NCBI GenBank assembly: GCA_964202905.1
Contig: CAXNJO010000003.1
Location: 32,001 to 96,000, forward strand
Length of the DNA stretch: 64,000 nucleotides
Reading direction: 5' to 3'
Source of the DNA: Polyangiales bacterium
Lineage (GTDB): Bacteria > Myxococcota_A > Polyangia > Polyangiales > JADJQN01
Positions within the stretch are counted from its first letter, which is position 1. Every line of letters starts with the position of its first letter. Below the pieces are notes generated by a model. The model searched no databases, was not told where the DNA came from, and saw only the letters and a list, made by a program, of their open reading frames with translations. Both the position numbers and the translations under genes were made by a program. Positions 12,329 to 23,486 of the stretch are shown here, piece by piece.

Positions 12329-13363
12329 TCAGCCGCGCGGCGGCGGCGTGAGCTCGCCGGCGAGGTCCTGCTCCATCTGTGCGCGCACGGAGGCGGCGTC
12401 GAGCCCGCCCGCGAGCAGGCAATACAGCTTCGTGAGCGCGGCCTCCGGCGTCATGTCGTGGCCGCTGACGACGCCGACCCGCGCGAGCGCGCTGCCCGTC
12501 TGGTAGAGGCCCTGGCGGACGCGACCACCGTGGCATTGCGAGCAGTTCACGACGACCACGCCGCGCGCGGTCGCGCGCTGCAGCACGTCGAGCAGGGCCG
12601 TGTCGCGGGCGGGGGCGTTGCCGGCGCCGTAGGTCTCGAGCACGAGGCCCTCGAGCGGCGCCTCGACGACCTTCTCGATCATGCGCGCCTGGATGCCGGG
12701 AAACAGCCGCAGCGCCGCGACCTCGGGGCGGCGCGGCAGCTCGATGCGCGGCGAGAGCCCGCGCCCCGGGGCGAGGGTCAGGGTGTGCCGCACCTCGATC
12801 ACCGAGCCCGCGTGCGCGAGCGCGGGGAAGTTGCCGCTGTCGAACGCCGCGAAGCGATCGTTGTGCACCTTCTGCGCGCGGTTGCCGCGCAGCAGGCGCT
12901 GCGCGAAGTAGATGCACACCTCGGGGACGCGCTGCGTGCCCGCGAGGAGGATCGCGGTGACGAGGTGCTCGCGGCCGTCGCTGCGCGGATCGGTGAGCGA
13001 GAGTTGCGCGCCGGTGAGGATCACGGGGCGCGCGAGGCCGGGGAGCAGGAAACTCAGCGCGGAGGCCGTGTACGCGAGCGTATCGGTGCCGTGCACGACG
13101 ACGAAGCCGTCGTACGCGTCGTGCCGTGCGGCGATGGCGCGCGCGATGCGCACCCAGTCGTCGGGCATCATGTCGGCCGAGTCGAGCAGCGGCTCGAGCA
13201 CCTCGAGCGTGTAGGCCGGCATGTCCGCGCGCAGCAGCTCCGGCATCGACGCGAGGTACGCGGCGAGGAAGCCCGCGCTCGGACCGAAGCCTTCGTGGCC
13301 CTGCACCATCCCGATGGTGCCGCCGACGTGCAGCACCAACACCCGCGCGCGCTCGCTCTTCAT
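12329..13363 (-). CDS. ansA: Type I L-asparaginase
   Basis: GGTIGM, HGTDT, 'ILTGAQ', 'LETYGAGN', 'DMTPEAALTKL'. Confidence 0.93.
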   Translation of the reverse strand: MKSERARVLVLHVGGTIGMVQGHEGFGPSAGFLAAYLASMPELLRADMPAYTLEVLEPLLDSADMMPDDWVRIARAIAARHDAYDGFVVVHGTDTLAYTASALSFLLPGLARPVILTGAQLSLTDPRSDGREHLVTAILLAGTQRVPEVCIYFAQRLLRGNRAQKVHNDRFAAFDSGNFPALAHAGSVIEVRHTLTLAPGRGLSPRIELPRRPEVAALRLFPGIQARMIEKVVEAPLEGLVLETYGAGNAPARDTALLDVLQRATARGVVVVNCSQCHGGRVRQGLYQTGSALARVGVVSGHDMTPEAALTKLYCLLAGGLDAASVRAQMEQDLAGELTPPPRG

Positions 13364-13494
13364 GGAAGCGAGATGCTACCCGACCGGCCGGTTGCACGCT
13401 GCGAACCTTGGATCTCCTTACGCCGTGGCTTGCCGCGGCTTCCGCGCTCTGCTTAGACTCGGGCGGCTGCCGCACGCAGCCGTCGGAGAGTGCA

Positions 13495-14193
13495 ATGTCG
13501 GCGAACACCCAGTCCACGTTCCTCGCCACGATGCGCGACGACAACGTCTACCGGCGCACCAACGCGCGGATGTTCCGCAGCGGCTTCATCGAGGCGTTCT
13601 CGAAGGTGCACCCCGCCATCCCGGCGCTGGTCTTCTTGCCCGTCGTGGGCTGGTTCGCGTGGCGCGCGGTGGCGGCGCAGGGCGTGCTCGGCGCGCTCGG
13701 GGCGCTCGCGCTCGGCGTGTTCTTCTGGAGTGTCACGGAATACACGCTGCACCGCTTCTACTTCCACATGACGCCGACGAACGCGCTCAAGCGCTTCCTC
13801 TACTTTTATTCGCACGGCATCCACCACGCGTATCCGGACGACTACTACCGCCTCGTGATGGTGCCCGCGGTGAGCATCCCGCTCGCGCTGGCCTTCTACG
13901 CGCTCTTCGTGGCGGTGCTGCCCGCCGCCTACGTGCCGGGCGCGTTCGCCGGCCTCGTGCTCGGCTACCTGCACTACGACTACGCGCACTTCGCGACGCA
14001 CCACGTGAAGCCGCCCCGCGCAGCGTGGCTCTCGTCGGTCGCGACGATCATGAAGGGGCAGCGCAGGCGCCACATGAAGCACCACTTCGAGGACCACGAC
14101 ACGGGCTACGGCGTGTCGACGGTCTTCTGGGACCACGTCTTCGGCACGGCCGCGCGCGACGAGAAGCCGAGCGCGAAGCCGGCGTCGGCCTGA
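13495..14193 (+). CDS. Fatty acid hydroxylase / sterol desaturase family membrane di-metal enzyme
   Basis: His boxes HRFYFH, HGIHH, HFATHH, HMKHH; 'YGVSTVFWDHVFGT'. Confidence 0.9.
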   Translation: MSANTQSTFLATMRDDNVYRRTNARMFRSGFIEAFSKVHPAIPALVFLPVVGWFAWRAVAAQGVLGALGALALGVFFWSVTEYTLHRFYFHMTPTNALKRFLYFYSHGIHHAYPDDYYRLVMVPAVSIPLALAFYALFVAVLPAAYVPGAFAGLVLGYLHYDYAHFATHHVKPPRAAWLSSVATIMKGQRRRHMKHHFEDHDTGYGVSTVFWDHVFGTAARDEKPSAKPASA

Positions 14194-14256
14194 GCGAACG
14201 CGGGCTCCGGGCTGCGTCGACGCCGCACGGACGCGACGGTACATTCCGCGACCCGC

Positions 14257-15864
14257 ATGCTCGCCCCACGCACCCGCGCCCTGCTCGGCGCCTGCGCCCT
14301 CGTCGGTGCCGCGTTGGCGGGCGCAGCGCTCGCGCGGCGCGGCGCTTCGGGCGCGGCCGGGGCGATGGCCGGGACCCCCGAGACGACGGACACGCGGAGC
14401 GGACGGGCCACGCGCGCGCACGCGGTGCGGCTCGTGCAGCCGGGGGCCGCGCGCACGGGACGCGGGCAGAGCGCGGACGCGGATCGCGGCGGCGTCGAGG
14501 CGCCGCGCGTGGCCGCGCAGCCCGCGGAGATCCGCTGGGTCGCCGCGGGCGGCGGGCCCTCCCCGGAGTCCAACCCGCTGAGCGTCGAGGACGACCTCGC
14601 GCTCTTCGCCGAGACGCTCGGCGCGGACCGCGGGCTGCTGCTCTTCGCGGGCGGACCAGGGACGCGCTCCGTGCAGGTGCTCGCGTCCGCGCCGCGGGGC
14701 GAGGCGCTCACGCGGGACCTCGCGGAGCTCTTCGACGCGCGCGCGGGGCGCGATGCGCGCTACCGCCCGACGCGCCTCGCGCTGCACGGCGCGGCCACGG
14801 TCGACGGCGCGCTCGGCGCGCTCGATCGCGCGCTCGCCGGTGGGGAGGGACCGCTCACCGTCTTTCTCGCCGGGCATGGCGCCGGGGGCGACACACCGGC
14901 GGACGCCACGCTGCTCATGTGGGGCGACGAGGCCCTCACCCCCGCTGCGCTCGCCGAGACGCTCGACCGCGCGCCGTCCGGGCGCAGCGTCCGCGTCATC
15001 GTCACGTCGTGCTACTCGGGCGGGTTCGGCGAGCTCGCGTTCCGCGGTGCGCGCGCCGCGCTCGGCCCCACGACGGCTGATCGCTGCGGCTTCTTCGCGG
15101 CGCCCTGGGATCTGCAGGCGAGCGGCTGCGATCCGGACCCCGACCGCGCCGTCCACGAGGGCTACGCGATCCACTTCCTCGCTGCGCTGAAAGGCGAGGA
15201 CCGGAGCGGCCGCGACGCGCGCCCTGCGCTCGACCTCGATCGCGACGGTCGCGTGTCGCTGCGCGAGGCGCACACGCGCGCGGTCATCGCGTCGACCTCG
15301 CTCGACGTGCCGACGACGACGTCCGAGGTGTGGCTGCGCGCGACCGCGCCGACCCGCGGCCCCGAGCGCCCCGTGAGCCTCCCGGAGGCCGAGGCGGTCG
15401 TCGCCGCGATGGCCGCACGCACCCGGCTCGTCGGCCGCGAGGCGCAGGTCGGGGTCGAGCTCGCGCGGCGGCACGCGCGCATGGAGCGGCTCGGCGACGA
15501 GCTCGCCGGGCGCGACGACGACGAGGGGCGCGCGTGGCGGGCCGCGTCGGCGTCGGTGCTGTCGCGCTGGCCCGTGCTCGACGATCCGTGGCACCCGGAC
15601 TTCGCCGCGACGCTCGCGGCAGAGCGCGAAGAGGTCGCGCGCTTCCTCGATGAATCGCCCGCGCTCGCGGCGTGGCGCACGGCGCGCGGACGGCTCGAGG
15701 CCCTCGAGCAGCAGCTCGACGAAGAGCGGGTGGGCGCCGCGCCCTACGAGCGGCTCGCCCGCGCCCGCGAGGATCTCGTGCTCGCGCGGCGGTTGCGCGC
15801 GGCGGGCGGCGCGGCCTGGGCCCAGTACGAGCGGCTCCTCGCGTGCGAGCGCGGCGCGCCCTGA
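14257..15864 (+). CDS. Exported clan CD (caspase/legumain-like) cysteine peptidase candidate with EF-hand-like motif
   Basis: 'VFLAGHG' and 'VIVTSCYSGGF' His/Cys dyad pattern; 'DLDRDGRVSLREA'; N-terminal hydrophobic segment. Confidence 0.6.
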   Translation: MLAPRTRALLGACALVGAALAGAALARRGASGAAGAMAGTPETTDTRSGRATRAHAVRLVQPGAARTGRGQSADADRGGVEAPRVAAQPAEIRWVAAGGGPSPESNPLSVEDDLALFAETLGADRGLLLFAGGPGTRSVQVLASAPRGEALTRDLAELFDARAGRDARYRPTRLALHGAATVDGALGALDRALAGGEGPLTVFLAGHGAGGDTPADATLLMWGDEALTPAALAETLDRAPSGRSVRVIVTSCYSGGFGELAFRGARAALGPTTADRCGFFAAPWDLQASGCDPDPDRAVHEGYAIHFLAALKGEDRSGRDARPALDLDRDGRVSLREAHTRAVIASTSLDVPTTTSEVWLRATAPTRGPERPVSLPEAEAVVAAMAARTRLVGREAQVGVELARRHARMERLGDELAGRDDDEGRAWRAASASVLSRWPVLDDPWHPDFAATLAAEREEVARFLDESPALAAWRTARGRLEALEQQLDEERVGAAPYERLARAREDLVLARRLRAAGGAAWAQYERLLACERGAP

Positions 15865-15942
15865 GGGCAGCGCGACGAGCGCGTGACGACGGCACCGCGG
15901 CGCGCCGAGGCGAACGGCGCGTGTGGTACACTTCGCGGCCCG

Positions 15943-16737
15943 ATGCCCCGATTTTCTTCGGCGTTCGCCGCGCTCCTGCTCGCGCTCGCCGTCGCCGGCG
16001 CGAGCGCCGACGCGCGCGTGGCGGCCGCACAGGACGCCGTGTCGGGCGTCGGGCCGACCGCGGCCGAGGTGACGCTCGCGCGCGAGCAGTTCCGCGAGGG
16101 CGTCGCGGCCGCACGCACCGGGCGTTGGTGGGAGGCGCTCGAGGCCTTCACGCGCTCGTACGAGCTCGCGCCGCGCGCGGCCACGCTGCTCAACCTCGCG
16201 GGCGCGCAGGTCGAGACGGGCCACCTCGTCGAGGGCGCCGAGAACTACCGCCGCTTCCTCCGCGAGGCCGACGGACGCGCGGCGCAGCGCGTCCCGGTGG
16301 CCGAGGCCGCGCTCGCCGCGGTCGAGCCGCGGATCGCCCGCGTGCGCGTCGAGATCGACGGGCTGCTGCGCCGCGATCGCGTCGCGCTCGACGACACGCC
16401 GCTCTCGGAGGCGGCGCTCGGCGCGGAGCTCCCGGTGAACCCGGGCGCGCACACCATCCGCGTCGAGCGCGGCGGCGACGAGATCGCGCGGGCGGACTTC
16501 GACGTCGTCGAGGGGGAGAACCGGCTCGAGCCCCTGACGCTCACGCTGCCGCCCGGCACCGACGACGCGGAGGACGCGGACGGCGCCGCGCCCGCGTGGT
16601 TGCGTTCGCCGTGGTTCTGGGCGGCCGTCGGCGTCGTGGTCGTCGGGGCCGGTGTCGGGATCGGCGTCGCCGTCGCGGCGGGCGGCCAGGACCCGTACGT
16701 CGGCAACGTCCCGCCGGGCGCGTGGAGCGTGCGGTGA
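15943..16737 (+). CDS. Exported TPR + PEGA-like protein with C-terminal hydrophobic tail
   Basis: Signal peptide; TPR helices ('AREQFREG...ALEAFTRSYEL...TLLNLA'); 'VNPGAHTIRV'; 'SPWFWAAVGVVVV'. Confidence 0.75.
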   Translation: MPRFSSAFAALLLALAVAGASADARVAAAQDAVSGVGPTAAEVTLAREQFREGVAAARTGRWWEALEAFTRSYELAPRAATLLNLAGAQVETGHLVEGAENYRRFLREADGRAAQRVPVAEAALAAVEPRIARVRVEIDGLLRRDRVALDDTPLSEAALGAELPVNPGAHTIRVERGGDEIARADFDVVEGENRLEPLTLTLPPGTDDAEDADGAAPAWLRSPWFWAAVGVVVVGAGVGIGVAVAAGGQDPYVGNVPPGAWSVR

Positions 16738-18464
16738 GCGCGCCGCCCCGCCCGTCGGCGGTGCAGCCACGGCTCCGCGCCCTCGCCGCGCTCTGCGCCG
16801 CAGCGCTCGCCGCATGCGCCAGCGCCCCCAGCACGGAGCTCGTGCTCGTCGTGGACACCAACGCGGCCCCGAGCGTCCTCGACACGCTCGACGTCGTGGT
16901 GCGCGGTCCCTCCGGCGAGGCGCAACGCGCGACGGTGCCGTACGAGGGCGCGCCGCGCACGATCGGTCTCGTCCCGGCGACGGATGTGCTCGGCCCGCTC
17001 GACCTGACGATCACGGGCAGCGCGAGCAGCGACCCCGACGTCCCGCTCGTCACGCGCGTCCTCAGCACGCGCTTCGAGCGTGGCGTGAGCCGCGTGCTGC
17101 ACGTGCGCCTCGCGATCGAGTGCGTCGGCGTCGCCTGCCTCGACGCGACCGAGACCTGCGGTCCGGACGGCGCGTGCATCTCCGTCGAGGTCGACCCGAC
17201 GCGGCTCCCAGCGTACCTCGGCGAGGTCTCCGTGCCCGAGCAGTGCAACGGCGTCGACGACGACGCGGACGGGCGCGCCGACGAGGACTTCGATCTCGAC
17301 GCCGACCCGCGACATTGCGGGGCGTGCAACGCGCCCTGCGCCGGCGGCGTGCTCTGCGCGGCCGGGCGCTGCGAGCCGAGCCCGCTCGTGCAGGTCGCGG
17401 CGGGCGCGACGCACACGTGCGCGCTGCGCGAGTCGGGCGGCGTCGCGTGCTGGGGGAGCAACACGTTCGGCGAGTTGGGGGACGGCACGCTCGCGACGCG
17501 GACCCGCCCGGTGACGGTGCTCGGCCTCGACGACGCGGTCTCCCTCAGCGCGGGCTACGGCTTCACGTGCGCGGTGCGACGCGACGGGACGGTCGCGTGC
17601 TGGGGGAGCAACACCTGCGGCGAGCTCGGCCGGAGCGGCGGGAACTCGGGGCGCCCCGTCGCCGTGTCGGGCGTCGCGGACGCCGTCGAGGTGTCGGGCG
17701 GCAACTGCCACAACTGCGCGCGCCTCGCCTCGGGCAGCGTGACCTGCTGGGGCAGCAACACCGCCGGGCAGCTCGGCAGCGGCGCCGTCACGTCCACGCA
17801 GCCGCAACGCGCGACGCCCGTGGCGGGGCTCTCGGGCACGTTGAGCGTCCGCGCGGGCGCCAACCACACCTGCGCGCTCCGCGGCAACGGCGCGGTGAGT
17901 TGCTGGGGGGCCAACGACGCCGGCCAGGTGGGCGACGGGACGAGCACATCCCAACCCGCGCCGACGCTCGTCACCGGGCTCGACGACCTCACCGATGCGC
18001 GCGTGCGCGGGTCCGCGATCGGGGCCGGCGACGACTTCGCGTGCGTCCTCACCGCCGCCGGGGCGCGCTGCTGGGGCGGGAACGCCAACGGGCGCATCGG
18101 CCTGCCCGACGCGCAGACGTGGAACGGGCGCGAGCCCACCGTCGTCGCGGGCACGGCGGGCGCGACGGCCATCTCGGTGGGCGCGCTCGGCTGCTTCGGC
18201 TGCGCGCTCGGCGCGGGGGGCGTGGTCTCGTGCTGGGGCTGCAACGGCGCGGGCCAGGTCAGCGGTTCGACCTCCGCGTCCAACCCCGGCGCCGTGCGGG
18301 TCGATGGGCTCCCGCCCGCCGCGTCCGTGAGCGCCGGCAGCGCGCACGCCTGCGCGCTCACTGCGGACGGCGCCGTGTGGTGCTGGGGCGCGAACGAGGC
18401 GGGCCAGCTCGGGCTCGGGAGCGACCTCGCGAGCGCCTCGCCGACACGCCTCGACGGGCTCTGA
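16734..18464 (+). CDS. Lipoprotein with Cys-rich region and RCC1-like (BLIP-II type) beta-propeller
   Basis: Lipobox 'ALAAC'; 'CNGVDDDADG'; repeated 'HTCA...G.V.CWG.N..GQLG'; GTG overlaps the upstream stop. Confidence 0.85.
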   Translation: MSAPPRPSAVQPRLRALAALCAAALAACASAPSTELVLVVDTNAAPSVLDTLDVVVRGPSGEAQRATVPYEGAPRTIGLVPATDVLGPLDLTITGSASSDPDVPLVTRVLSTRFERGVSRVLHVRLAIECVGVACLDATETCGPDGACISVEVDPTRLPAYLGEVSVPEQCNGVDDDADGRADEDFDLDADPRHCGACNAPCAGGVLCAAGRCEPSPLVQVAAGATHTCALRESGGVACWGSNTFGELGDGTLATRTRPVTVLGLDDAVSLSAGYGFTCAVRRDGTVACWGSNTCGELGRSGGNSGRPVAVSGVADAVEVSGGNCHNCARLASGSVTCWGSNTAGQLGSGAVTSTQPQRATPVAGLSGTLSVRAGANHTCALRGNGAVSCWGANDAGQVGDGTSTSQPAPTLVTGLDDLTDARVRGSAIGAGDDFACVLTAAGARCWGGNANGRIGLPDAQTWNGREPTVVAGTAGATAISVGALGCFGCALGAGGVVSCWGCNGAGQVSGSTSASNPGAVRVDGLPPAASVSAGSAHACALTADGAVWCWGANEAGQLGLGSDLASASPTRLDGL

Positions 18465-18558
18465 TCGCCCCGCGGCGGGCTCGAGGAAGGCCCGCGCGGC
18501 GAGGCCCCCAACCGCCCGAACTGTCCGTTTTCACGGGCAATCGCGCGCTCCCCGGGCG

Positions 18559-20223
18559 CTAGAAATCGGCCTCCTCGACGAGCGGCGTCGCGCCCCGCGG
18601 CCGAGTGCGCGGCGGCGGCGCGGCACGCACCGGCGCCTGCACGGGGCGCGATCCCCGCGACCCGCGGACGCGCACGACGGGCCCGCCCGGAGCGGACGGC
18701 GCGGTCGCGGCCTGCGCGGCCCCCGGCGGCGCATCGCGCGCAGCGGCCGAGGGCGCGACCGGCCACGGAGACGTCAGCGCGGGCAGCGGCAGCGGCGCGA
18801 GCGGCGGCGGCAGCGCGGACGGGAACACGTCGGGCGGCAGCGGCGCGAGCGGCGGCACGGCGCTCCCCTCGACCGTCACGGCCGCGGGTACGCTCGCCGC
18901 GGCGCCACCCCGGCGCACACGCCGCGTCGCCCAAGCGATCCCGACGCCGAGCGCGACGAGCAGCAGCGCAACCGAGACCGCGCCCGCGACGCGGAGGACG
19001 CGCGGCGCCGCCCGCGGCGGCTCGACGCGGTAGAGCTCGGTGTGCGTGATGATCGGCGTGCGCGGCGGCTCGGGACCGGGCTCCGGCGCGTCGTCGTCGT
19101 CGTCGTCGAGGCGCATCGGCTGCGCCGCGCGGTACGTGAGCGTGCGGAGGATCTCCTCGCGCTCCTCGGCGGGGCGCTGCGCCGTCTGCAGGGCGATCAC
19201 CGGCAGCCCGGGCCCGCCCGCCGCGGCGTCGTCCACCGCGGGTCCGCGCAGCGCCGAGAGGGACTCGGGCAGCATGTCGCGCTGCCGCGCGATCTCATCG
19301 GTCATCACCGCGCCGAGCAGCGCCGCGACCTGCGCGGCGTCGACCGCGAGCGCGCCCGGCACGGCCTCGGCGAGCAGCCTGCGCAGGTCCTGCATCGTCG
19401 CGGGGCGGTCCTCGATCCGCGGCGCGAGCGCACGGCGCAGGGCCGCGTCGAGGGCCGGCGGCACGCCCTCGGCGTAGCGGCTCGCGGGCACGAGCTCCGG
19501 CTCGCGCACGAGGTCGAGCAGCGCGAAGTCGTCGTCCGCCTCGAAGAAGCGGCGCACCGTGAGCAGCTCCCACAGCACGATGCCGAGCGCGTACACGTCG
19601 GTGCGCCGATCCACGGCCCGGCCGAACGCCTGCTCCGGCGCCATGTAGCGCAGCTTCCCCTTCAGCGAGCCGGTCGCCGTCTCCTTCGCGCGCGAGCGCG
19701 CCTTGGCGATGCCGAAGTCGATGACCTTCACGTGCCCCGCGTACGAGACGAGGACGTTCTGCGGGCTCACGTCGCGGTGCACGACCTGCAGCGACTGACC
19801 ATCGTCGCCCCGCAGCTCGTGCGCGGCGTGGAGTCCGTCGGCGATCTGGATCGCGAGCCACACGGCGAGCTCGGGCGCGAGGCGCCGCTGCCGCAGCGCG
19901 AGCGCCTTCAGCAGCTGCGAGAGCGCCGCCCCGTGGACGTACTCCATCACGAGGAAATAGGCGCCCTCCGACTCACCGAGTTCCTCGACGTGCACGACGT
20001 TCGGGTGGTGGATCCGCGCCGAAAGGAAGGCCTCGTCGAGGAACATCCGGACGAAGGCGCGGTTCTCCGCGAGGTGCGCGTGCACGACCTTGATCGCGAC
20101 GTGCCGCGCGAAGCCCGCCGCGCCCGTGCGCCGCGCGAGGTAGAGCGTCGCCATGCCCCCCGAGCGCAGGTGCGCGACGATCTCGTAGGCGCCGATACGG
20201 CGGGGCGCGGAGGCCGGGAGCAC
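18559..20223 (-). CDS. Membrane-anchored Ser/Thr protein kinase
   Basis: GGMA, VAIK, HRDVSPQN, DFG, APE; TM helix and Pro-rich tail. Confidence 0.95.
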   Translation of the reverse strand: MLPASAPRRIGAYEIVAHLRSGGMATLYLARRTGAAGFARHVAIKVVHAHLAENRAFVRMFLDEAFLSARIHHPNVVHVEELGESEGAYFLVMEYVHGAALSQLLKALALRQRRLAPELAVWLAIQIADGLHAAHELRGDDGQSLQVVHRDVSPQNVLVSYAGHVKVIDFGIAKARSRAKETATGSLKGKLRYMAPEQAFGRAVDRRTDVYALGIVLWELLTVRRFFEADDDFALLDLVREPELVPASRYAEGVPPALDAALRRALAPRIEDRPATMQDLRRLLAEAVPGALAVDAAQVAALLGAVMTDEIARQRDMLPESLSALRGPAVDDAAAGGPGLPVIALQTAQRPAEEREEILRTLTYRAAQPMRLDDDDDDAPEPGPEPPRTPIITHTELYRVEPPRAAPRVLRVAGAVSVALLLVALGVGIAWATRRVRRGGAAASVPAAVTVEGSAVPPLAPLPPDVFPSALPPPLAPLPLPALTSPWPVAPSAAARDAPPGAAQAATAPSAPGGPVVRVRGSRGSRPVQAPVRAAPPPRTRPRGATPLVEEADF

Positions 20224-20327
20224 GGAGCGGGAGACTACGGGCTGCGCCCCGGCCGCAGCAAGGCGGACCCGCCCGCGCGCGCGTCACGGCGACCCGCGCG
20301 GGACACGTCCGCGGCCGACGGACCGCG

Positions 20328-22014
<1,687 letters not shown>

Positions 22015-22017
22015 GCC

Positions 22018-22446
22018 GTGGCGAGCACGAGCGAGCAGCTGAAGCTCGAGGTCGCGACGCCGCTCGGGCTCGCGCTCGGCACCTCCGTGGAGAGCGTCGC
22101 GGCCCCGAGCGTGCGCGGCGAGTTCGGCGTGCTGCCGGGCCATCTGCCCCTGCTCGCTGCGCTGCGGAGCGGCGTGCTGCGCTACCGCACCGGGGGCCGT
22201 GACCAGTTCGCGGCGATCGGTCCGGGCTTCGTCGAGGCGGGCCCGGAGAAGGTGTTGGTCCTCACGGACAAGTTCGCGCAGCCGGCGGACATCGATCTCG
22301 AGGCGACGCGCGCGGAGCTCGCGGCGGCCGAGCAGAAGCTGAGCGCCTTCCCCGAGGAGTACGCGGGGCCGGACTACGACGTGCTCCAACTCGCGTTCGA
22401 CTGGGCGCAAGCGCGTCTCGAGGCGCTCGCCGAATCGCAGCGCTGA
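22018..22446 (+). CDS. atpC: F1 ATP synthase epsilon subunit
   Basis: 'GEFGVLPGHLPLL', 'GFVEAG'; follows atpD. Confidence 0.93.
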   Translation: MASTSEQLKLEVATPLGLALGTSVESVAAPSVRGEFGVLPGHLPLLAALRSGVLRYRTGGRDQFAAIGPGFVEAGPEKVLVLTDKFAQPADIDLEATRAELAAAEQKLSAFPEEYAGPDYDVLQLAFDWAQARLEALAESQR

Positions 22447-22498
22447 ACGGGCTGCAGCGCTGAACGGGCTGCAGCGACGGACGGGCTGCAGCGCTGAG
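22437..22498 (+). repeat. 17-bp tandem repeat GCAGCGCTGAACGGGCT (~3.6 copies) spanning the atpC stop
   Basis: Copies start at 22437, 22454, 22471 (variant) and 22488 (partial). Confidence 0.85.
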
Positions 22499-22592
22499 CG
22501 CGGCCCGCCCCGACGGAACGTTCACGGGCGCGTACCTCACGGTGTGCGCCCGTTTTCGTGGGTGACGCCGGCTGCCCGGCGAGCGCGGTCGG

Positions 22593-23285
22593 TCAGCGCG
22601 CGTCGACGAGACGCAGCGACGCGACCAGCTCGTCGAGGTGGGGCCGGCCGAGGAACGACCACACCTGGTAGACGCAGTCCTGGCCCGGCACGACGAGCGT
22701 CGCGACCGCCGCGGGGTCGTCGCTGCCGGATTGCACGTCGATGCGGCCGCCATCGGCGAGCACGGTCGCGCCCGCGCCGAGCAGATCCTCGGCGTCCTCC
22801 GCGCTCATCGCGGTGCCGGTGACGCCGAAGGCGCCGCGTCCACAGGTCTCGCAGAGCCCGCCGTCCGCGCCGATGCCCGCCGTGCCGCGGCGATCGTACT
22901 CGAGCGACCAGCCACCCGGCGCGGCCCCGGCGCGCGCGCGGGCCCCCTGCCCGGCGCCGAGCGTCGCCGGAGCGAGCGGCGCGCACCAGCCCTGGTTCTC
23001 CGCGCGTCCCCAGGCCTGGAGCAGCTGGCGCGGCGCCGCATCGGCCGCGAGGTGCTCGGCGCCCCAGGGCGCGGCCGCCGCAGGCGCCGCCTCGACGTGC
23101 TCGGGCAACGCGACCGCCGCGGAGGCGGCCGTCGTCGTCGTGTCGTGCACCGCGATCGACGGCGCGGAGACGGCTGCCACCGGGTTCTCCGCCGTCGGTG
23201 CGGCGACCACCGGACCACCCGTGCGACCCGCGCCACAGCCCGCCATCAAGAACATCCCGACCGTCGCCCAGTTCATACGCATCAT
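22593..23285 (-). CDS. Hypothetical lipoprotein
   Basis: GGGAGGAG SD; lipobox 'LMAGC'; globular C-terminal part. Confidence 0.7.
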   Translation of the reverse strand: MMRMNWATVGMFLMAGCGAGRTGGPVVAAPTAENPVAAVSAPSIAVHDTTTTAASAAVALPEHVEAAPAAAAPWGAEHLAADAAPRQLLQAWGRAENQGWCAPLAPATLGAGQGARARAGAAPGGWSLEYDRRGTAGIGADGGLCETCGRGAFGVTGTAMSAEDAEDLLGAGATVLADGGRIDVQSGSDDPAAVATLVVPGQDCVYQVWSFLGRPHLDELVASLRLVDAR

Positions 23286-23486
23286 GGCCTGCTCCTCCCG
23301 GCGTGACACCGCTCCGCGCGACGCCCGCCTTCGCCCGGCGGGAGCCGCTGTCCGCGAGGGCGCCCGCCTTCGCCCGGCGAGGCGCCGCTCACCCCGATGC
23401 GGCTACCACGCGGTCGATCGCCGGCGCAAAAAAGCGGTGTGCGCCGCACCGGAGCACGCGGCGGCGCGGTGATATGCTAGCGCGCC

